Of a stretch of DNA of 64,000 bases, positions 1-26,945 are shown in pieces. The notes under the pieces were generated by a model, which worked only from the letters and a program-made list of their open reading frames with translations, had not been told where the DNA came from and did not search any database. The translations under genes and the position numbers were made by a program. Numbering within the stretch: position 1 is the stretch's first letter; every line of letters starts with the position of its first letter. This DNA comes from Camelus ferus (taxonomy: Eukaryota): the NCBI RefSeq assembly GCF_009834535.1, contig NC_045711.1, positions 25,358,001 through 25,422,000 on the forward strand. The letters are read 5' to 3'.

Positions 1-559
1 AGAAAAGAGAAGACTTCAACTTTCTGATGAACTCAGATGGGGGTAGGGGAATGTCTGCAGAGCCACTCCCTCCCTGTCCTTTAATCAAAGACACTTATGG
101 TCTCAGTATCAGTCACAAGACAGTCGAGAGGGTATGGTCTCTCTGTAAGACTAACGCCTGGGTGGTTTCTTCTTTTTCCTTGCTGTGCAGGGCATGAATG
201 TATTCTATGCCGCTCACACTCCAAGTGATTTGACGGGCCTCAGAGGCCATTAGATCTCGCCCACCACAAGCATCCCATTTACACACCCTGCTTATCTCCA
301 TTTAATGCCAGGAACAGCGAGCTCACTACCATGCAGGGAGCCAAGTGACTGCGTCTACCGTCTAGGGCAAGGGGCTGGCGGCTCTCCCAGGTGGGCCCCC
401 AACCCAGCTCTTTGCCCCCAAACCTCTCCTTTTTAACGGGGCCTCCACTCCACGTCCCCCAACCTACCTTAGTGCTCCCCACTCTCAGCCTCCCCCTCTT
501 CTCAAGAGCCCGTCTCCGAACCTCTCCCCCATTTCTTCCTTCCTCCTGGAGAAGCCCCG

Positions 560-1000
560 AGTGTGGCACGACCCAAGCCCATACCACCGTCCCGCCCGGC
601 CCAACACCTGCAGCGCAGCTTGCTCTGGGCCGCCGCGGCCGCCGCCTCAGGTCCCTGGGTTGCTGCCGGCGCCAGCTGTCCCGCTCCAGCGCCCACAGCG
701 CGCATGCGCCCGCGCCGGGAGCCCACCTTTTCAGCGCGAGCCTTGGGTGGGGCTCACGGCACTGATTGGGCGCCTCGCGGAGGCGGGACCGGATTGGGCC
801 CCGGCGGCTGCCGTCTGCGTGGCGGAAGTGGGCGGGGTGCGCCCCCACGCGCATGCGGGACGGGAGGCCGTCCGTCAGCTGGGAAAGCTGGCCTGGCTGG
901 AAGAGGTGGGTTCCACTTGCTGAGGACAGTTCTGTCGGTTAGGAGTGGGTGTGAACTCGGCCGACCCGCGACCCCACTGGTTGCGGGGTTTCTAGGAGAG
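560..1000. promoter_or_regulatory. CpG-island bidirectional promoter TMEM104/NAT9
   Basis: CpG-dense. NRF1-type GCGCATGCG at 700-709 and 849-857, ATTGG (reverse CCAAT) at 765-769 and 793-797, ETS CGGAAGTG at 823-830, GC box at 830-837. Confidence 0.8.
608..700 (-). other. TMEM104: Probable non-coding first exon of TMEM104 (coding part lies outside the window, to the left)
   Basis: Lies in a CpG island head-to-head with NAT9. Minus-strand donor CAG|GTGTT at 608/607. Positions 1-12 read as a polypyrimidine tract on the minus strand, consistent with the next acceptor just outside the window. Gene identity rests on synteny only, and the 5' end is approximate. Confidence 0.5.
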
Positions 1001-1533
1001 TAGGCTGTAGCTTCTCGCAAAGGGGAAGGGATTGAGGCTTTAAGCCTACCTCACCCTAAAGTGGTCAGGGAGGCCCAGATGGCTTGGGGAGCGGAAAGAG
1101 GGAGGGCCGGAGCCCAGTGGGGTGCTGGGAAAAGGGGTTGGAAATAGATTTAAGACAAGGCTGAAAATTAACCCGAGGGCGGAGTCTCAGGACTGGGGCA
1201 AATGATGGGAGTTTTGGTGAAGCTGGTGCCCGGGTGTGAGGCATCGAAGTTCTGGGAGATGGGGCGGAAGGGACAGGCAGAAAAGGCAGCCCATGCTTGG
1301 CTCCTTGAGATGTGAGTCCAGGATTGTTTAATTACCTTTAACCAGCCAGATTCCTCTTCTTGCAGGGGTTTAGAGTCTGCATTCTCAGAAGTGTTTGAAA
1401 AGAAAGAGAGACAGAAGCTCTTCTGACAATTTAGCCCCAGAAGAGAGGAAATTGAAAGCCCGGGCTCCTACCCTAAGTGGGAGGAGAACTCAGTGTGCTG
1501 ATATCTTTGCCCTCCCACCTGCAGACTGCTACC

Positions 1534-1610
1534 ATGAGGTTAAATCAGAACATCTTGCTGCTGGGAAAGAAGGTGGTGTTGGTACCCTACACCTCAGAGC
1601 ATGTGCCTAG
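1534..1610 (+). CDS. NAT9: NAT9 coding exon 1
   Basis: ACCATG; MRLNQNILLLGKKVVLVPYTSEHVP; donor AG|GTAACC. Confidence 0.95.
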
Positions 1611-4514
1611 GTAACCGTTCACCTGTCACGGGGTGCAAGCCAGCTCTCCAAGGTGCAGCGAGGAGTGTCAGCCTTCCTTAGCACAAATTTTGGAGGCTCT
1701 TTACTCTGAGGAGAAACGTTGGTGTGAGAAGTAATTACATACAGAAAAAAATGTAAATTGAAGCAGAGAACTGTGACTTCCCTGGAAGAAGTCACCCATC
1801 CCCCTGTTTCTTCCTATCACCCTCTCAGCTTCCTCTTTGGTCTTTCAGTGGGGGATTATTTTATGTAAACTAAACGTGTAAGCAAAAAAGATACTGTCTT
1901 CTTGCCAAATTATAAATGAGTACCGTTCCCCTGGTGCTAGTGAACGTGCTCAGTTCTAAACGTTAGCTTGTCGTAAAACTGAGCTGATGGCTTGTTGTGA
2001 TGTATGCTGTTTTGAAAGGCCAGGACTGAGTCACAGGGTGGGACTCGGTGGTGAATGTCGGGTAGACTGGGTTGGTAGTGCCGTGGGTGTGTATTCTTTA
2101 CTTGTAGTTTTCCTTTTGGGGGTTCCTGGTGCCCAGCCTTTGTGGAGATCTGTCCAGCCTCCTTTGCTGAATTCAGCTTGCCACTACTTCCCCTCAGGAA
2201 TTTGAGGAATGTTTAGCTTCGGACTGCTCCCCCGCCCTGATCCCTAGGACTGGAGAGGAAGCCAGACAAATAAAACTGACTCCTGCTGTTATCTTGTAGG
2301 ACTAGCCTGCCTCTAGTTCTTGTGCCCATGGCTCTCTGCCTGAGGAGCAATTATAACCCTTTCTTGGAGCTTCTGTGAGCCCTCTGTTAGCCCTGTGGGG
2401 TTCTCCTGGCCATCCATATCTTCATATCGGGTGTCAGACTGGTGCTTCTAAATCAGTCCTGCATGCTGACGGCCATCCCTCTGTCCCTGCAGGTACCACG
2501 AGTGGATGAAATCAGAGGAGCTGCAGTGTCTGACAGCCTCCGAGCCTCTGACCCTGGAGCAGGAGTACGCGATGCAGCACAGATGGCGGGAAGATGCGGA
2601 CAGTGAGAAGTGGGGAGTGGGGGTGCTGGGCTGGCCGTGTTGTGGGAGGGCGGATTCCAGAGGCCGTCTCCAGGTTCCCTCCCTTTCCTGGTCCCAGCTG
2701 TAGCCCTGCTGGGGCCACAGGACATTTGCAAAAAGCACTTCACGAGGTGCTTGGGAGGTGCCTAAAACCCTCATACTTTGATGCCCACTCAAGTCGGTCC
2801 CTGTGGCTGACGCTTCTGTCATCTTCCCGCCCACTGCACCGGCCGTGAAAGGAGCTAGAGAAAGGAGAGCATTTGGGGCTCTGGCTGTAAACTGAGGCCC
2901 TGCCTCTCACGTCTCTTGCCACAAGCCCAGTGTGACTATTGCACTTTGCATCACTCGCTCTCTGCGAGTACAGTTGTTGTCTGGAGAAGGCCATTGTTTC
3001 CTGCATGAGGCAGATTTAGGGCTTTGTAATCAGCCGAAGGAAGTTCTGGCTCCCCTTGCCTGACAGACTCAGATGGGAGTCCTCTGCAGTTCTCTCCTTT
3101 GGGTAGGAAGACTGTCCTCACTGCACTTCTTTGCGGGGTGGATGTGATAACCCATCACCTCCCTCCTCAGAGTGTACCTTCATCGTGCTGGATGCAGTGA
3201 AGTGGCAGGCCGAGGCAGGCACCAGTGAAGAGAGCTGCATGGTGGGAGATGTGAACCTCTTCCTCACAGATCTTGGGGACCCTTCCTTGGGGGAGATTGA
3301 GGTCATGATTGCAGGTTGGTTCCCCCTGGCCCTGCCCTCCCTCCCTCCCTCCCTCCCGGCCCTCAGACCTGCTGAACCTGAAGCCAGCCGAGGCTGCATT
3401 GGGCACTCAGAGAGCTCAGTGGGAGGCTCTGGCCTTGGTGAGCCCAGCACCTGGCTGGGCAGACTGCCACCTGGCACCCTGTTAGCCTGCTAGTTCACCT
3501 TATTCTGATCTCGCGCTTAGTTGTGAATTTAACCTTTGGTTTTAGGGTCTTCAAACTGCAGTCTGCCCTATCCTTGGGGGTGGAGGGGGCCTGGGGACCC
3601 TCTAAAAGTGAAGGTCTTCCCTGGAGCATCTTCCCATGCTGTGCTAGGAGCCCCTCCAGGTTCTGTGTCCATTGTGGTCCTCAGCCTCCTTCTAAGTGAC
3701 TGTGCAACTGTCCCCAAGGGGTAGCACACTGAGGTGAAGGGGTCAGGTTACTGGGTGTCTCTAAGCTGTGAGACCTTGGATGAGTCATTTAACTTCTCTG
3801 TGCTTCTGTCTACTCATCTGCAGATAATCATTTTGTGAACTTGAGGTTGTGAGGATTAAATGAGCCCAGCATGCAGTGTCAGTGATTATTGTCATTCCTC
3901 CTAGAGCCCAGCTACAGGGGCCGGGGCTTGGGCACCGAGGCTGTCCTCATGATGATGTCCTATGGTAAGGAAGTCTGAGTGGGTGGTGTGGGGGAGAAGT
4001 GGCCAGGCCCCTGGGGAAGGCAAAGGTGGGTTGGGAGGGAGCCTTCAGGCCTGAGGGTGGGGGGCAGGTGACAGTGGTCTCCACTGCAGACTGGGACATG
4101 AGGGGGCAGAGGGTGCTGAGGCGAGGGTGCTCTTCATCCTGTGGCTTGTCCTTGTCTCTCATCTCTTCCGGGAGGAGTGACAAAGCTAGGTCTGACCAAG
4201 TTTGAGGCTAAAATTGGGCAAGGAAATGAACCGAGCATCCGGATGTTCCAAAAGCTTCACTTTGAGCAGGTAAGGATGGTGCCGGTGAGAGGGTGAGACC
4301 TGGGTCCAGGCGGTGGGGCTCCGTGCTGTTAGAATTTGTGGCTGTAACTTAGCGGCCCTGCTCTCTCTGGCTCATGTAGGTGGCTGTGAACAGTGTCTTC
4401 CAGGAAGTGACACTTAGATTGACGATGAGTGAGCCAGAGCGGCAGTGGCTTCTGGAGCAGACCAGCCACATGGAAGAGAAGCCCTACAGAGATGGGTGTT
4501 CGGAGCCCCGCTGA
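1534..4514 (+). CDS. NAT9: N-acetyltransferase 9 (GNAT family), 206 aa, spliced
   Basis: join(1534-1610,2493-2602,3171-3314,3905-3964,4175-4269,4380-4514). All introns GT-AG and the frame is continuous. Translation MRLNQNILLLGKKVVLVPYTSEHVPRYHEWMKSEEL...EPSYRGRGLGTEAV...RDGCSEPR*, including the acetyl-CoA motif RGRGLG. Confidence 0.96.
2493..2602 (+). CDS. NAT9: NAT9 coding exon 2
   Basis: ctgcag|G; YHEWMKSEELQCLTASEPLTLEQEYAMQHRWREDAD; donor A|GTGAG. Confidence 0.95.
3171..3314 (+). CDS. NAT9: NAT9 coding exon 3
   Basis: ctcag|AG; CTFIVLDA...CMVGDVNLFLTD...GEIEVMIA; donor G|GTTGGT. Confidence 0.95.
3735..3890 (+). mobile_element. MIR SINE fragment
   Basis: Core gctgtgagaccttggatgagtcatttaacttctctgtg...gttgtgaggattaaatgag. 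Confidence 0.7.
3905..3964 (+). CDS. NAT9: NAT9 coding exon 4
   Basis: ctag|AG; PSYRGRGLGTEAVLMMMSY; donor G|GTAAGG. Confidence 0.95.
4175..4269 (+). CDS. NAT9: NAT9 coding exon 5
   Basis: VTKLGLTKFEAKIGQGNEPSIRMFQKLHFEQ; donor CAG|GTAAGG; unusual GAG acceptor. Confidence 0.9.
4380..4514 (+). CDS. NAT9: NAT9 last coding exon
   Basis: tgtag|GTG; VAVNSVFQEVTLRL...EKPYRDGCSEPR; TGA at 4512-4514. Confidence 0.95.
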   Translation: MAVNSVFQEVTLRLTMSEPERQWLLEQTSHMEEKPYRDGCSEPR

Positions 4515-5036
4515 CAGCTGGCCTTGTGTTCAGCTGCCCTGTGTGAACAGGGGTGTAAGAACAGAGCCCTGCAACAAGTGAACGGATGGGGCCTTGGGGG
4601 CAGAGTGCTCCTGGCCCTGCTCCAGGCAAGGAGTCTCCTTTCAGGGCCCTTCAGACTCTGGGGCCAGACTTACCTTGGCCTCCCTCTGGCTAGCAGTGTG
4701 GCCGAGCCTCTCCAGGGCCAGCCCCTCCTCCTGGCCAAACCTGGACTCTGGCTCTCAGAACCTGGAGTGGACGGTGCGAATCCATGGGAGGAGGCCGGGT
4801 GGAGGCGGAGCTGGAGACCAAGGGGGGCCTGGTGAACGGGCAGGGCCCTCCTCTCCCCTGGAAGGCCAGAGGTGCTGCCCTGGGGCTGAGGCATGGGCTG
4901 GGAGTAAAGCACACTGCACACGCTCTCTGTTTTCTCATTGGGCCCATGCGGAGGTGAGCTACCAGGAGGCCCAGCCTGCGACATGTGGTCCAGCATCAGG
5001 GGGACAGGGGAAGGGTTGCTCAGTCCTGTCATCCTG

Positions 5037-5206
5037 CAGAAGCAGGCCGGGTGTGACCTTGGGAGGTTTGGAAACAAATGAGGTTGGCCCTGGAAGGACA
5101 GACAGGTGACTTGGAAAGTGGGCCAGAAGCAGGCCGGGTGTGACCTTGGGAGGTTTGGAAACAAATGAGGTTGGCCCTGGAAGGACAGACTTGGAAAGTG
5201 GGCCAG
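5037..5206 (+). repeat. Two-copy tandem duplication, 87-bp period
   Basis: cagaagcaggccgggtgtgacc...ttggaaagtgggc repeated at 5037 and 5124. The second copy lacks AGGTGAC. Confidence 0.95.
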
Positions 5207-6554
5207 GGTCCTTGCTCCTTTCTCTTTGGAGCCAGTTTTGAGGGTGGCTGGAGTACCCCCTGCTGATGAAGCTTCAGGCCTCCTACTTAGCTTCAGGGGT
5301 TGCAGAGGGAAGCAGAGGCTACTCAACAGTGCCCTCCTGAAGGCAGCTGTGTCCTCTCACCCTCTGCGCCTCACCTCTCAGCCGCTGGGAGCGGCTGCAC
5401 CTGCCGAGGCCACTAGGGGGCGCCGGAGGCACAGGTTCGGGATTGTCAGGCGGCTTGGCAACGTGCTTCATAGGCAGAGATGGGCCAGGTCCCTGTGCCC
5501 CAGAGCGAGGGGGACACTCTGACTTCTAACTATCCATCATGCCCTGTCATAATCCAGGGTGGCCTTCAAGAAAAGCCAGGCATGTTTCGATACACAGTTG
5601 GAGGAGAGACACTTGAGGGCACCTAGGGCATTTTCAAGGGGAGAAAACAGTCCCAGGGCCCCAGAGCTTTGGAAGGCGGAGCCCGAACTATGGCTGAGGA
5701 CTCTCGGCCCCAAGCCTCTTAATCCTGGCATCTCACACCAGACTATGCATGTGAAAAATGAGAATCAAAAATGTGCCTGAGTCTAAGACGCAGACTCCAC
5801 TTGCTGGGGCCCCCAGCCCCTCAGCGATGGTTTCCTCTAAGCCACCTGTTCCTTCCGCCCGACTGCAGCTTAATCAGAGCCCAAGGTCCTTAGGGCTTCC
5901 CCACCCAGCAGGTGAGGTAGGGAGGGGCCCCTCCACAGCCCTGCGAGGGTAGTTCTCTGGCTTCTTCACCGGCAGGGGCCTCCATCAGGGGTCAAGGGAT
6001 AGAGGAAGGGCAGGGCAGGCCAGGCCCAGCCTAACTGGACAGGTGATAAGGGTTTTGGAAGGTTCCTCTGAACAATGGTGGAATTCAGATCTTAACAGGT
6101 CAGAGTGATGAGATAGCCAGATACTGTCTTTTCTCTCAACCCCAAGGGCTCCTATTTCAGTCTCTCTTCCTTACTTGTTCTCTTCAGTCCCAGGAACCTG
6201 ACTTCTGAGTGGTCTCCTGGTCGGGTGGAGAATAGCCCAGGGCCAACTTCCTTCTGAGCACCTGCCTTGGAACCTCAGCCCTCGCAGGGCACCCTGGTAG
6301 GTCTCCAGGATGTGGCCTCAGGTACCAGAGGTCGAAGGGACCTGGATCTCTCATGGAGCAGGGCATTTCGCCCTTGAGAGTCTCCTCCACCACACCTGCC
6401 CCAGGCATGTCCCAGGCCCAGCGGGCCAGGTTTGTTCTCCCCCAGTTCTTCCCAGCAGTCGGGTCTGTGGCCAGATAAGAGGATCTGGGACCAGCCCAGG
6501 CCACTCCTGAGAATTCTGTGCCTCACTGGCTGCAGGTGTGAAGATTAAAGCCAA

Positions 6555-6680
6555 GTCTCTGCTATTTGACCTTGGGCAAAACCTCAGTTTTTCATGTCAG
6601 TTTGTCTAGGATTAAATGCATTAAAGCATTTAGTACAGTTTCTCACATATAGAAAATACCCAAAATATGTAAGTAAATCA
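6555..6680 (+). mobile_element. MIR SINE fragment followed by an A-run
   Basis: gctatttgaccttgggcaaaacctcagtttt...ggattaaatg...ttagtacagtt. Confidence 0.6.
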
Positions 6681-7796
6681 TTAAAAAAAAAAAAAAAAAA
6701 AGCCAAGTCTTCTCTTTCCAGATCTGGCTCCATCTGGGATTCACACTTTCAACACTCTTGGAATCAGAGGAGTCTCTCAGAGCCCTCTGAGCATGTGGGA
6801 CTCCATGCCCACCTCCCACCTTCCCTGATGACCGTCCCTATAGGGCGGCCCCAACACGCACAGGCACACTGACCACCGAGCAGAGCACACAACTAAAGCA
6901 TGGCCTGGCCACCCAGACAGTTGTGGGCTCGAGGCCCTCTAGTTAAAGCCACCTGTCCTCCCACTACTGGGCTTGGGGTCACAGGGAGCCCTGGACCATC
7001 GTCTCCCTCCAGCTGTATCCTACCCTCTTGGCCAGAGGCCACCCTGGGAACACCCATGGGCAGAGCTCTAAAGGAAAACACAGAGGCTGAGGCAGTTTGG
7101 AGAAACCAGTTAAATTTGTCATAGAGTTTCCTTACAATTGTGCCTGGCTCAGGGCTGGGAAGGGGGTGGCCAGACCCTCCCCATGTCACCCAGGTCTCTG
7201 GGGGTGGGAGTAGAAACAAAAAAGTTGAAGGCTAAGGGTGCTGCTGTGTCCTGGGTGCACCAACTTGCAAAATCATGTTAATCAAGGAAATGAAAGTCCG
7301 TCTAAACTGTGATACAGCACTCTTTAAAAAAAATCAAATGAACAAAAATAAGATGCCTAAGCCACAGCTCTGAGGATGATGGCCCCCGTCCACCCTGAGA
7401 TGTTGCTGTAATCTGAGCCCCTGAACAATCCTGGACCCAGTCATCACTAGGGGTCATGAGGGAAGATGACCTCTCGCCCAGTCCCAGGATCCTTGGTCGG
7501 TGTAGGTCCCAGTGATGTCCCAGGAGGGTGGCAAGGGGACACCTGGTAGGCTGAAGCGCCCAGTGAGGAGGGAGACAGTGTGCCTTTTGACTGGGGCAGG
7601 ACGGAAAAAAAAAAAATTCACTTCTGAAGTAAGGGAACAGAGTTCTCTAAAAAAACCAGATTTGCCAAAAGGGGAGATGCTGGTGCTGATTGGTGTATCG
7701 ATTTGAGAGTAAGTGCGGATGAGAGAAAAGGAGTTAGGGTTGGGTGTGGAGCTGGACGGGCCCTTCCAGCATTCCTGGTGGCTGGTGGGAGGGCCC

Positions 7797-24500
<16,704 letters not shown>

Positions 24501-25297
24501 TTCCTGGTACTGGGCAGAGCAGCCCTCAGGCTCTGTTCTGATGTCCCCCCCACTGGTGTCCGGGGTTGAGGAGAGCCAACCCTAGGATAAAGGACCTGAA
24601 CGTTTAACAGCCTTTAGGCAAAGCGTGCAGCTCCAGGTGGGGGTGGGGGTGGGGACGGGGACGACTGTTGCCAGGAAAACCGCTCCGGCTCCGGGACTGC
24701 GAGGTCTCAGCAGTCTTACGAAATAAGACCAGTAAGACCGAGGTCCACCTCAGATCCAACAGAGTAGTTTGAATAACGATATTTTCTCGTTAGTAGGGTC
24801 TCAGGACCCTAATAGGGGTGCGGGCTCTGATCCTTGCTGGGACAATGTGAGGGCTGAGCAGAGAGCCCGAGGCTTCACAGTACTGCCCAGCGAAGACAGG
24901 CCACTAGGGCCATGGAGTGGGCATTGGCGTCAGCTTTTGGCTAGGGAGGTGGGTGGGGGTGGGGAGACGCAGAACAGAGTCAGGTAACCAATCTCTGGGT
25001 ACAGTTCACAAGAAAAGGAGCCCTGGGTTTTTTCAATAGAGAAAGAAAAATGATTAGGACTGTAAGATAAACCTTCTTTCAGCTCCTTTCAGTTGAGAGG
25101 CTGATCACAGAGGCTGGGGGCAGTCTGTTAAGGGTGAGGTGACCAGTTGGGGATATTGAAGGATGAGGATCAAATGGTTTTGGCAGTCAGTGACAAGCAA
25201 CAACAATCTTTTCAACACGATCCCCCTCACCCCAAAGCACACACCATGTGTATCTCAAAGAAGCAGTGGACAGGGTGTGCTTTCCAAAATACTGCAA

Positions 25298-25303
25298 TTT
25301 AAT
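25298..25303 (-). terminator. Candidate RAB37 polyadenylation signal ATTAAA
   Basis: TTTAAT on the + strand, about 1.5 kb past the stop codon, with GU-rich sequence downstream on the minus strand. Confidence 0.5.
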
Positions 25304-26839
25304 TCTGAAAAACACAAACGCTAGAGGCCCTATGTGACTGAATCGCCTGGGACCTGCCTTGGGCCGCAGAAGAACCTGACAAGGTCAGGCTCCTCCCTGC
25401 TCCTCCTGGGAGAGGCCTCGAAGAGCTTCCTTATCGGCCGGCCGAGTTGGAGCTGCTGACTCTGCTCAGAGAGCAAGATTTCTGCCTTGAAAGCAAATGC
25501 AGTAGCCTCAGAAATGTGCAGTGCATACCTTTCTCACCCCTCTCCCCCGCCCCTGGCATACAGAGCAGGAGTAAAGGTACCTCTAAGTCATAATCTGTGT
25601 GTCTCCTGCCCTCTTCCCATTGCTGGGGTCAGGGCTTTGGGAGACATGTGACCTCGATCCTCCCATTTCTGCCTCTCCCCGCTCCTCCCCCCGCCCCCCC
25701 CCTAAATCTTACCCATATGACCTTGTATTGCATACAATGCATTGGTTCACCCAGAAATGGAGGAACTCTAGTTCCCTAACCTGGCTCAGTACAAAGGGAG
25801 ATAAAGCAGTTTTGGCCCTGATGTGTGTCTGAGAAGAGAAGGATGTGGGTGATCAGGGAAGAGGCAGCACTTGGGTTTAGGGGGTTACATGTGGAGTGAG
25901 GTTTGCCCCCTTCTGCCTCCCACCTACTCCATGAGTGCCGGCTTCCTCTTTATCTGGCTTTTTATGCAGGAGAAGCACTCTGGCTGCTTGGAGAAGTAGC
26001 CCATGGGCTGCACACCAGCCAGAGGGTAGGGGCAGCGGAATAACCTTTCCCTATCTGTGACCTTTGGTGTCTAGGGGCACAGGCACAAAGGCAGATAAGA
26101 CCAGAGATTCAGGGAGGAGGGGCTCCCCTGGGATCTGAGGTCTGGAGAATAGGAACCAAATGTTTCCAGGTGCCCTAAAGTGCTTGTGGGCTGGAGGAAA
26201 AGGGGTCCATCTCCCAGAGAGGGACTAGTAAGGCCAGAGGTAGCCAGTCAGCCAGACCTAATCTCTGCTACTCCTCTTCCCCTCCAGGGAGCTGGGTCCC
26301 TGGCCAATCTCCATGTCTCACCTTCCCTGAGGCTTTGGTTGCCCGCATGAGGGCCCTGCTCACTGGGGAAGATTGTTCTCTGGGGAGCGGGAGGAAATGA
26401 AGGCCTGGGTCTGCTCTGCCTCTTGCCAGCAGAAGAGTGGGAATGAGGTCACTATCTGCCCTCATGCCCCAGAAGTGCATCAGTGCCCCCTAGTGTGGAG
26501 CTGGAGTAATACCACTCTCACGGTGGCCAGGAGGGAGGCCCAGGCCCCTAAGTCCTAGCACTAGAAGGCAAAAGGGCCACCAGCTCCCTTCTGCAGTCTT
26601 CTGGTACCACTTTGATTAAATTATGTATCATTAAAATTAAATATAAATATTTTGCCCTCCCCCCAGGATGCAGGGAAGCTACAGGAACTAGGGTAGGGGC
26701 GGGAGGACAGCTCCTTCAGAGAAGGGGCCGTGCACTGGGTCCCCTCAACTCTCTCCCCATTGGCTCAGTCGCTCAGACTAAACCCGGTCTGAGGGAGAAG
26801 GCTGCATCCTTGCGGAGCTTGCTGTCAGACCCTTGGGAT

Positions 26840-26945
26840 TCATAAGAAGGAGCAGCAGCTGGGCCGCCGCTTCTGGGATTCCACGTAGTCTCGGATCTGG
26901 AAGCTGGGTTCATCAGCCTGCCGCCCGGCTCTATATTTCAGCTCC
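26840..26945 (-). CDS. RAB37: RAB37 last coding exon
   Basis: caag|[38 protein letters not shown]. Confidence 0.95.

Noticed and set aside
279-1003. Cluster of overlapping 120-190 aa ORFs on both strands
   Set aside because: These are CpG-island artefacts at the bidirectional promoter.
5037-5206. Direct repeats as a possible CRISPR-like array
   Set aside because: There are only two adjacent copies with no spacer, in a mammalian context.
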